Below are positions 50,401-61,800 of a stretch of 64,000 nucleotides of DNA, piece after piece. The position numbers and the translations under genes are program-made. The DNA lies in assembly GCA_000708835.1 (NCBI GenBank), contig DF237114.1:1-64000 (forward strand), given 5' to 3'. The stretch's first letter is position 1. The number at the start of each line of letters is the position of its first letter. The notes below the pieces were generated by a model. It ran no database searches, was not told where the DNA came from, and was given only the letters and a program-made list of their open reading frames with translations. Source of the DNA: Klebsormidium nitens. Lineage: Eukaryota > Plantae > Klebsormidiophyceae.

Positions 50401-53400
50401 AATATACAACCCTTGATCAAGTAGTTACCTTGACACAGCGGTTGTAGCCCCCGAGTCAAAGCATTGGGCAAAGCAGTTCGTCCTCGAGCGAATCGGCCTC
50501 ACGCTGAGACAAAGCACCGTGTCGATATCGATGCACCGGGCTCTGCCCAGGAGCATACGTCCTTGAGCGGATTGGACTCGCACTAGTTGATATGTGCCGT
50601 TTCTGCCGCATCAACGTGCAGAACAAAAAGCGGGCCGTCGCCTCCTTGGCCCGGTGTCTGCAGATAATCCGCAGTGCATCATCAAGCTCGTACATTATTG
50701 CCTTGCTGGGCACTCATTGGGGAGGGGGTCTACAGACTGTAACTCGTATACAGACTTTTTGGAAAATGCTTATTAAATGCTGACTGCCGAGCCCACTCGG
50801 TTGAGTTAACACCGTCGGTACCTCCTTGATTCAGCTACACCTGGGCGTATGTTGATGCCGGCTGGCGCTTTGTCAGGATCAGCTCACACTTCGCGGTGAA
50901 GACGACCGACTCTTGCCCGTCATGAGCGGCAGAAAGGGTCTCAGATTGTGGTTCATTACGCTGAGCCGCTTGCTTTTCCACGTCTTTTCACTGCTTTCGC
51001 TCATCCCTTGCGTCAAGAAAATAGATGTGGGGTAACGAAGCACGAACTGCTGCGTGACCGCATGGGCAATAAGTTTGGGAGCACCGAGCCAGGCATCCGT
51101 GATTTGGCCTTTTTCGCGAAACGATTGGCACTTTTCAGTGACTCTGCTCGAGCAGCTTCTTAGCTCGTCCTAAAATCGTCTGAAGCACACCTGCGGTTCA
51201 GTGTAGATTACTGCAGTGGATAGGTCAATCACATGTGACAGATTCAAACACTCTGTCTCGAGCGGCGCTTGCGCTTCATCCTGTGGTCGTGCGACTCTGT
51301 TGTGACAGGCCTCATTGCTCGTCCAAGCCCAATAGTGCTGCGCGGAGCTGCAAAGGCTCCAAGTCGTACCGGCCATGTTTTATGATTCACATTGAGACTC
51401 CCATGGCGGAGCTCGGGAGCAGCCTTACAAGTTGTTCTTTTTGTCAACGATGAGCTCCTGACGTGCGCAACTTTCGCGCATGTGCGGGTCCGAAACTAGT
51501 CAGAGCCATAGCAATTAACCCACCTGCAGCTTTGCCAGTCCTGACTGTTGCTCTTTACTTCCGCGCTTTCGTTCTCACGGATTTGTCCCGGCTGTGACCT
51601 CAAAGGTCGGCCTTTTCCCGCTGACGGTCGGACATAGGGATTAAATGCAGAGCGCGCTTGCAGGCCACTTGCAGCTCGAAAGGGCAGCTCTTGAGCCAGC
51701 CGGTCCGGCTCGGAGAATACGACGACACTCGCTCTCCAGCTTCGATAGGCAATGACTAGCTTTGAGGTAGTTCGTTCCTTTTGTGCAAAATTCGCCTGCA
51801 AAGCGCAAGAAAGGGAGGATCAAAAGGGCGAGGTTGTTTTCGCGCATGAATAGCAAGTTTCGCTGCCGCTGCTTTTCTTAAGTTTCAAAATAGGTCTCAG
51901 AACAATTGATGGTTAGCAGTTCCGCACGTCTGTGAGAAAGCTACGTTCGCGCCGTCTCATGTGTGCTGCTGTAAGAAGTAGATCGGCAAAGACGAGATTG
52001 TCTCTGGCTCACACAAACCAGAAGGTCAGATGGCGAACCAGATGCCGCGAGCCGCTCTTTGCTCCTCATGTTGACCTTGCATTTTGTTCCTTCGGTTCAC
52101 GAGAGACACAATCCGCGACCGAGAAGTAGGCACTCGCTTTTCTAGTCGCCAAAAATCCCACGAGGTTAAAGTCTGCAGCGACGTTTCCGGTCGGAATTGC
52201 AGCTTCAAGAACGTCGGGACGGTTGAGTGTGGTATATTCGAATTCAACGCCCTCTTATGGATCGAAAAGTTTCTGAAGGGTTCTTGTCCAAGACTTTCTC
52301 TGCGACGGGAAGGCTGCATCTTGTTGCTTCTTCCGACGTGCCAACGGGATTCTTGCGTGACTTGCGTGGACCTCAGTCCTTATTTCGTTTCAGGGACGTA
52401 TAGAAAATGTAAATGGGCCGGTCGCTCAAGTCTCGAGGCGAGGAAAGAGCACCTCTTTCCAGCGCACGTCCGACGTTACCGCAGGCTGAAACTATTTACG
52501 AGGGTTCTCGTATATGGCGATAGTTGTGCATGTCTTACATGCGCACCAGGATGGCAATCCGAGTTGGCGCTTGTACGACTGCTGAGTGAGTGCCTCGCTC
52601 ATATTTTACTATCTCCAGTGGCTCATCCTTCCTTCCTTGTTGTTGGGCCTCAAAAGCTTGAGTTTCACAGTAATTTGATTTTGCGTTGATAAGAACCAGA
52701 TTCGTAATCGAAGGTCTCCTAGTTTAGTCTCCTGCTCGGGCCCGCGGCCCCTCTTTGAGCCTGACGCCATTGATTTCAAGCTGGGTCGTTTCGGATCGAA
52801 GTTCCAGCAGTATTGCAGGAATTCAACCCTGAGTCCGACTGGTTTTAACACCTTCCTGAGAGGTTTGGCAATGACAGAGTGTTTGTGACGTCAAAAAGAT
52901 CACATTCGGGGTCAGTATACCACGTTTGATCGAGCCGCCTCAGCTTCTAGGTCTCCCCGTCAGGTCGATCTGTCCGGCGGCACTTTCCAGCCATCTAAAT
53001 GTGTTTTGCATAATATAAGGTCCAGTCTTTGAACACGGTAAAGAGTAATTAAATTTCCCGTCGCGGGCGTCTTTTTCTACAACGTACTTATCGTTTCCGT
53101 TCTTTCTTCTGGAGCATGGTACATTCTACTTTTGTGTCGTATATACAAAGACACGAGCCGCACGCAATGTTGAAAGTTTGCCTAATACGCTGAGCCGTCT
53201 TCTTCACGATTCCAAGACTTTCTTACATTGGTTCGCTTCACTTCTGCTTCAAGAAAGTAGCTGGGGCGAAGACGAAACCGAAGTTGCTGCGTGTTTGCAA
53301 CGGCTGGACGTTGTGATCGCTAAGCTAGCCACACATCCATTCGGTCGTCTGTCAGGGAAGATCTGCTCTTGGCAGAATTCTTGAAACCAAACAATTTCAA

Positions 53401-55600
53401 GCGCCCATCGTCTTGAGGCTTAATCTTCAGAGCCGCAATAGTTTTTGCCTATGGATAATTCCCTCTAATCAGACCCACACCGATTCCGTTAAAATGGAAG
53501 TAAAGTGCGCCGACCGCGAGTTCCCATGGTGTTCATGCAATCTAGCTGACTTCAAGCAGAGCTGCCAATCGAGTAATATGATGGCCCTCACAGAAAGTAG
53601 ACTCCTTTTCTTTTCTCGCACCGCCATGGACTTCGTCGTACGTGTTTACGTGAGTCTGCAACCAAGCTTGATAGTGTCCGGACTGTAAGGGGATGTATGC
53701 TAAAGGATCACAAACACACAAAACGTCTTGGTATAGACGTTCATGTTCCAGGAGAGTAACATCTTTAGCTAGCCACGTTTTGAAATCGACCTTCTTGAGG
53801 AATTGGGCCTTCCGATTTGAACCTCTTAACACTGATCTGATCATTCTTCGATGAGTCGGCCGTCTATTTGCTGGTCGTTCTGGTGGACTTCGACAATGAA
53901 CACCAAAAGGGGAATTGCACTTGATAAGCATCTAAAACGACTGTCCTCCATATGTTCTCTAAGCTCTTTGTCTTGAATCTTGATCGACCTTGCGCTTGAA
54001 GTAGATGTTTTTGTCGTGACGCCGTGTTCTGCCAGGGCTTACTCGTGCAAGCCCACAAGTTCTGGCATGCTTTGTCTGGCACCAAGCGTGTTTTGCTTCA
54101 CCCATTCACGAAATAACATAGTCCATGGCGGAGCTTTGGGCCGCCGACCTTGGTGGCAAAGATGGATCATGATGTGCGCAAACCTTTGCACACTTGTCAC
54201 TTAGGGTCGGAGGCAGCTTTTGCCAGTCATTGTTGCTTTCCAAATGCTTCCCCTTTGTCATTCTAGCTATCGCCCCCCGCTTACAGAGTACGCTCATAAG
54301 CTTCCTACTAATTCACATATCTTCGTTTGCTGGCTGCGGAGCCCAAGCAGTGAAACTCGGATAGCATTGTCGCTACTCCTAACTTGGGACACTCGCATCC
54401 GGGCCTATGAGGTGGGTAGGCGCTTGCTTTTAAGATTTAGCTCAGTCTCGCGGCAAAGACGTCGACTCTTGCCGGAAGCGAGCGGCAAACCAAGTATCAC
54501 AGCACACTACGCCGAGCCGCGCCGCATGCTTATTTACCTGGACGATTTGCTTCAATCTGCTTCAAGACTATGTCACAACCCGGGTTTGCTTTGGCGATGA
54601 CGAAACCCGAAATTCTTGCAGGCTGCTTGATCCTGCGCCTGCAATGATTGGTCGTAGGATGACGTTACCAAGCCAGCCATCTGTTGAATTGAAGTCGTGA
54701 CTGATTGAGTGGTGTTCTGTTCTGATTTAGGAAACTCTCAACAGCAAGTTCCCGCTCGTCGTTATGAGTGGCGCTTGCCGGATTTTCCTGAATTCCTTGG
54801 TCCTGTTGCGCGCCCTCCAGTTCGGAACGTCGCGCTGCGCAATCTTTTCCAAGTGCTTATAATAATCTCAAAGAAACACTGACTAACTTTACTTACCCGC
54901 ACTGCTGTGGTGTGCTTCAAAGAGTTGGGTCCGTTCCGCTTCACGTTGGCCGCTGTGAAGGCATGGACGCGCCGATCTGATCGCAACCCAAAAACTCCTT
55001 ATTTTTCCGTGAGACTTTTCAAACGTTCCTAGCCCCTCTTTAGAAAGGCATATCAGCCTTTCTGTCCGTCCAGCTTTTCCTCAATGGAAGGACGTGCAGG
55101 TTGTGGTGGTCTTGGAGCCTTGGCCACGTGGTCAGCAATAAAAAAGTGCACCTTGAGATTGTCTTTCGTCAATATGTTCTCCGAGAACTTTGTCTCGATC
55201 GACCTTGCAATTTGGCGCAAAACAGGATGGTGTCACGGTTGTCGTGCGAGATTGTGTTCTGTTTTGTTCTGTCGTGCCTACTTGTGCGTCGTCCCAGCAG
55301 TGTTGCGCGATTTATACACAGGTCGATCCCTTCGTCTGTGGTGCCACTAGCCATGTTTTGCTTTGTTAACCAATCTCTTGAATGACGGAGATCCCACTTG
55401 ATACCAACCGCGTACTCAAACTTCGTCGGATCAACAAGCAAACGAATTGAAACTTTACTTAGTTTCTTCTAGTCCCCTCACTGCGTTGTGCGGATGGTGC
55501 CGAATGGGCGTCGAGCTTCTGTCCAGGCCAGACCGCTCATTTTAATCAGCTTTCGTCTCTTACTTCTGCGGCTATGATTGAGACCAGGAATCTTTGGTTG
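35500..55600 (+). pseudogene. Tandem array of >=6 decayed paralogous units (2.1-3.1 kb spacing) with LRR-like fragments
   Basis: The anchor (G/C)(G/T)C(A/C)ACGA(T/C)GAGCT (GNDEL..CA frame) occurs at 38457, 40537, 42913, 45446, 48573 and 51443. Other shared blocks: TACGCGGACTTTGAA (38580, 43050), AACGGATGCAGCGGAA (~39116, 40749), GCTGCTGAT (37276, 41520, 44210). LRR-like peptides NVKSLSV, LEALSL, LEHIDLSRV. No intact ORF. Strand is inferred. Confidence 0.55.
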
Positions 55601-55899
55601 TCAATATAATCGGAGGCAACGTGAGTCGCCCGCCCCCTTGACTTCATCATTGACCTCGCTCTTCCGTTCACGCGATACTAAGTTCCCACATTTCCAAGCA
55701 TTCTGCCCTTTCTCAAACGAGAATCTCGTATACTGGGTCGCCGCGGCTCTGGCTTCCGGCCCTCTTGTACATGGAAAAGCGCGAAGATTTTGGGGCTCCT
55801 TTGGAGTTCGCAGAGGACTTTCTCATGGTTTTTGCCGACTCGTTTCCGAACATCGTAAAAGCGCGCTGCAGACTTTTGTCTTATCCAGGCATGATTCGT

Positions 55900-58800
55900 C
55901 AGAAACGTACCCTTAGCCCCTCACAACTCTGCGACAAGCAAACATCCGGAAGCAATTTTGCGGGCCTGTCGGGACACGTCGGCCCATGATCTTTCGGACC
56001 TCTTTCGCGCCGATATTCACTTCCAGTACTGGATCTAAATTGAGCACCCAGATGCTGACTGCTTGCTAGGGAGGTGCACAAAGGTAACCTGAACTCCTTT
56101 TCGGATGCGCCATCCGCCCCTCAGCATTCATTCAAAGCTGCCCAGTCCCACTTAGCAATGTGCCTCTTATCATATCGTATGATTAAAATTCTCCTTTCGT
56201 CTTTAGGGCGGCAAAGACGGACCAATCAGTCCCTGCTGTAAGGCATGCAGTGGTCGTAGAGTGCCTTCCTGAGCCGCTTTGGATATAGTTTTCAAAGACA
56301 GGATTTAAAGCGGCCTGAACAGGAGTCACGCCGCTGCGCATTTCCGTCTTTACCCCGAGTTCTTTGTCATCCCTCTCTTACGAAGCAATGAGAGACGACG
56401 CGCGAGTCCTTTTAGTAGTGTCCTACAGGGCTCAAGGCTTTGCCGGAGCGGAGCCCTTTTTCCATTTGGCTGTGGGGAGGCCGGTGTTTTTCTCTAGATA
56501 TTTTGAAGGCGCGCTCATTCTCCAGTGTTTCTTTTACAAACGAAACCTTCTTTATGACCAGCTGCAACGGAGGCTATGAATATGGCGCATCCAGCTTGTC
56601 ATCTGGCCCCCCCAACGCTGCGGAGGTCAGGCATATTTCGTGCGCTCCACTGGCTCAGAGCCTTGACGTACCGCTCGGGATAGTGGTACGTCATCCTTTT
56701 TCTATCCACGTGCGCGCCTTGGCTGTCCCCCCTCGACTTCTCAACTCGGCTCTTTTGCTTTCGGGCGGTGAGAAAGGGATTTCAAGCGTTTGTTTGGGTT
56801 GCAGCGAGTATCGGCCCCATTGGAGGTGCTTACTTTAGCGGTTGGGTTCGGGCGGTCAGCATAATGCTGCCGCAACCACAGTTTGGACTGGAGCCCTTTT
56901 CACTTTTTTCTTCTGCCCGACCGAGTCTTCTTTTATTCCACCCTCGTATTTGATCAGAGATATTCACGTTATGCTTGTGCAGTTGCTGGCGTTGAAAATT
57001 TTCTCTCCGCTCGTTTCTTTTTATGGCGCTGTTCTGCGGTCTGTCAGCTGTGAACGGTGGTCAAGGTGCCGGACTGGCAGCTAGCCCCAACCAATTAGCC
57101 CTGGAGCACCTTTGCCCAGTCGTTCCTGCAGTGTGCTGTGGTGCCGTCTTTGAACCCATTCTTAGATTTTGGGTTGGTTGCGGAAATAGCATAGCACACA
57201 AAGCTACACGCCGAGATGGGGATGCTGTTTGCATCCTCGTTTCTTGTATTCTGCCTTTTCTGATCGTTACAAAACCGTGTTGTAGACCACTTTCTGGGCT
57301 ATGACGAGGCGGTGCCACGTCGAAGCAAAAGCTGCGGTTGCGGCCTATGGCTATGTTAGGCACGCGATTGAGCCTCTCTTGCTCTCATGTGCTCTCAACG
57401 GAACACCTTTAGCAACGAGTTGAGATCTCTCTACCACCAAAGGCTCTTATGAGTATCTTGAACGGCTTGCGCTAAACGGAGCCATCATCTGGTTGAAAGT
57501 GGATGGACTCAGAGCCTTAAATAAACCGGTTCACTACCGACCGTGACGCTTCTGGTATCATGGCCAGCAGCTCGCCAGAAGAAAAATGTTTCCGTCTAAA
57601 TGAGCGCACGTCAAAAATCTAGCTTTGATGCCAAGGAAACTGTTGAAGATTCAGCTTCCCCCTTGCTAAAAGCTACGACGAATATTGTACCTTCTTTCGC
57701 GGGTTGGCGAAGATGAGTCCGCTCTCGGCGCATCTTGTTATACTGTGGGTGAAAGGGCCGAGCCAGCTTATTTCAACTTTCTCCTCCTTTCGCTACGGAG
57801 TGTCGGCAAGTTTTTCATCGACGCAGCATGCAGTCTTGTGCCGTAAGCTCCTTTAAAGGAGTCGGGACGAGTATTCGAAGCACGCTCTATGAGCTGAAGA
57901 AAGGTTGCCCTTTGCAGGGACATGACACATCTTCAGTGACCGTTGGGCACACCTGCCCCAGTATCAGAATTAAAACTACGTTGCATCTGCCGATATGATG
58001 TTTCCTGCTTGATTTTGTCCTGCAACGAAACATCTTCTTACATCTCGAACTCCTGTTTCATATACGTGGGTTTGGCGTGGCGTTTCTTTAGTATGCGCGC
58101 GTCGACACTGTCGCCACTGCCCGCTTACGTTGCTTCTCAGCACTATCGATCTTTCAGCATGGACGTCCAAAATAACTTCAAGGTGAAAGATTGGTCAAGT
58201 GACGCTCACACTAATTGTCAGATGGTGACGTCACATGTGGAGTAGCTAGGAAACAGCCTGGTGTAATTATTGGTTACGTTTCTGAACGTTTCTTGGTTCG
58301 CTGTACAAGCGCCGAACGGACGTCAAGTTTGATTAGTTGTCTGAGCTTTTTGTCACCTTCATAGGCCATGATAAAGTGGGACTCTGGCACAGACTTGTCA
58401 GGAGTGCTCTAGCTGATTTGCAAAGCTGAGCCAACAAGCCGTTCAGTTGCCTTCGTTCGCAGCTCACCGACCTTTCTACCCCGTGTCCATATTTCTGCGA
58501 GTCTGACAGTTCTGAGGGTTGGCGGCCCTGATCCCGCCAAGACAACAAGGTGTCGGCAGGAACCCGTTTTTATTTGTGTCGTTTTAGGTACAGTATCAAA
58601 TCCCTGAAGAGAATAGTGGTATTGCATTAAGCTTTAATGAGTCTTTTGGACTTTTCGTGGTAACTTAATCCAGATTGCGCTCCCCGACACTTGTCCAAGC
58701 GCCATGGTAGATTGTTTCTCGAGATCCTATGTCATGATGATCCCACCGTTTCGTTCCTTGATCCGTGCAGTGGCTGCAATTATAAATTTGGAAGCATTGT

Positions 58801-61800
58801 GTATGAGCCTGTCGAGGCTGGGCAAAGCCATCTGACGGGCCTGTGTCTGGACATGTACTTGCAGACGACGCTATCCACTTTGAGTATCAACTCCATCTCG
58901 AGTGCCCAAGAAACTGACTGCTAGCTAGGAAGGTGCACTACGCCAAAAATCCTCCCAAATGCGCCACCCGCCCCTCAGCGTCCATTCAAAGGCTACCTCG
59001 TTCCTGATTCTAACAGCCCCTTATCAATTTAAGGATTGACTCTTGGTAACTGTTCACGGCGGCAAAGACAGAATCGATTATGGCCAGCTGTACGGCACGT
59101 GGTCGCATAGTCCCTTTCTGAGCCGCTTTGGGTCTGGCTCCAGATTTTCAAGCAAGGACACATGGAGAGGAGTTACCGTAGGCCGCTGCGTCTTTTCGTC
59201 TTTGCCTCGCGTCCTACGTCAGCCCTTTCTCCAGAATTGGATAAGTGCAAGTTCTGTTAGCAGTGTTCAACAATCTTGGCACATGGCTTTGCCAGACTTA
59301 ACCCGTTTACATTTGACTGTGGGGAGGCCGGTGTTTTCCTTCCACCTCCTTGCGAGTACGCTCGTTTCCCCGTGTTTCAATCACTTGCGCAATCTTCACT
59401 TGAAGGTTTAATGTCCCGCGCTTCCAAACATCATCATTCTCTATACTTCAATTCAAGGGCCGGCCGGGCCTTGAAAAAGGGAGGAAATCTGACATGTTCA
59501 TTAGGCGAGAATGTCTGCCAGCGACCGAGCCAATGATGGCGCATCCAGCTTGTCATCTGGCCCCCTCAATGTATGCGGAGGTCAAGCATTAGGTTGTCTT
59601 TGGTCCTCAGAGCCTTATCGTACCGCTCGGGCTAGTGGTGCGTCCTTCCTTCTTTTTTGCGAGTGCGCGTTCCGGGTGTCCCCTCACGACTTCTCTGCTC
59701 GACTTCTTTGCTTCTGGGCGGATATGCATGGAATTCGGATACAGCAGATATATCAGCTCCTTTGGGGGTGCTTACTGTATTCTTTTGGGTGGAAGCTCTG
59801 CGTAGGGCTGCCGCGCGCGCCCACTTCAGCACGCTGTTACTTTGGAGGCAATTTTTGTCTCTGCGCTACAGCTGCTGTCATATTGAAGGTTTACGAAAGG
59901 TTTACGTATGTCTGAGCAGAAGGAAAGTACTAGCCCAAGACGCGACAACTAAGGTGTCGATTATCTTCTTTCCCAGTGGTCATACCTAGAACCTTCAGGC
60001 CATCCCATTGTGTTCTGACGTGGCCTTTGATTTCGAAGACCGAAGCATCCTGATGGTCTAGAATTCAGTTTGCCTGCAGAAAGGCCATTCCCTCCGAGAT
60101 CCTGCCAAACGCAAACATAAAAACTAAGCGGATCACTTCGAGGTCCTTATTATTCGACTTGATATTGCCGAAGGCTAGATTGGGTAATTGCTACTCCGCA
60201 CAACCAGGGATCCAGCAAAGTCATCGGGCGAGGATCAAGTGGGGCCGCTTGCATCCGACCTTTGTAAGAGGCCCTCCGGATTGTTGAGCCTGAGATCCTC
60301 ACATCAAATTTTTCCTTACTGCGCGTTTTTATTAACGGCTACCTGCTTTGAAGGGCAATTCTGCTGATTGCTCAAAACGAACTGCAGTTGGTACGGGCTC
60401 TTCTAATGGATGCCGTAGACCTGAATGCTGCGCCGCTTTTAGCGCTCGACAATAATCGTACATGCGTCGCTCTAGTTATCCATTCAAGCTCCCGAGTTTA
60501 CAATCTTGGAAATGTGACTCGAACAATGTGGAATCTGCTGGCGCCGGTTCCGTAGTCAGACTTACATCGTTCCTTTTTCGTCGCCCGACCGATCCTTCTG
60601 TCGTTCCACTCTCGTATCCGCTCGAGATGTTTCAAGTTGTTCTTGTGCAATTGCTGGCCTTGGAACACTTCTCTCCGCTCGTTTCTTCATATGGTGGCAG
60701 TTCTCCGGTGTTTGGAAGTTGAGCGCTGGTCAAGGTGCACCTGGCGGCTAGCTTCATCGACTCCGGAGCTGGGTTTTTGTGCAATCTTTCCTACCGTGTG
60801 CCGTCTACAAAGCAATTTTGGCATGTTCGTCGGTTGCTGGAATAGCATAAACAATGATGAGAGTACTGCATTTGACCGAGACAACCGAAGGTCAAGCTCG
60901 ACAGCACCGTTACTGCTCTCCATGAGCTGTCGTTTCCGTCCATTTAGAGGGTTTGTTTAGAAGATGGTATAAATAGTTGCGGCGATAAAGGATGGTGCGC
61001 GACATAGCGCCTTCCTGTGAGATTGCTTGTTATTTGAGCACCTCGACGCCCTTTCCAACGCAACACTTCAACCTCGTTTCGCACTTTGGGATCAAAAGTT
61101 CGTCGTGTGGTCGGAATACTGTACGCTGCGAGGACAACTTGAAACCGCCCACATGCGGCTGCACCGTCTAAGCGGCTACCTTCCGAGGCAATGATCGAGA
61201 GAAAAGTCTGGCCTGCCCCTCACAGGTGGCAAGAGCGCTACTCATATCTTTTCTGAGCCAACTAATGCTACCCACTTTGTAAAGACCAGTGGCAAGACTC
61301 CGCTCCGCATTATTTGTTGCAAGAATGGACCTCTTGTTCATTAGCTCCATATCATGTCACGCTTCGTGCAGACCTCCTTGATTCGCCCGAGTTCTCAAAG
61401 CCCGAGATTCGAGTTCGCTTTGCGTGGATGTTCTCTTCGCCACATCAATGTCTGCGGCCAGTCCAGGAGGCCGAGGGTCCGAGCCGATTGCACTAAAGTG
61501 TTTTCGTGGGCTTTACGGATGCACTGGTTTGGAAGCACACTCAACAGGAGCTTGAGTCTTCTCTTTGCATGTATGAGTCAAAGGCCTCGATCGCAAGGAA
61601 AAGCTGAAGGTCAAACCAAGCATATCTTCACTTACGACATTCTGCAGCAGGAAGGACGTGACTGATCTGCCTCCTTCCTTATAGGCGGAGAGTTGAGGTT
61701 GTATCTGGGCACATGCTTGCGTCTCTAGCTCTCTGGTTACTTCCTCCAGAGAAACAAAAATTACAAGCCGAGACATAACTAGCTTTTTCATTCACCTTTG

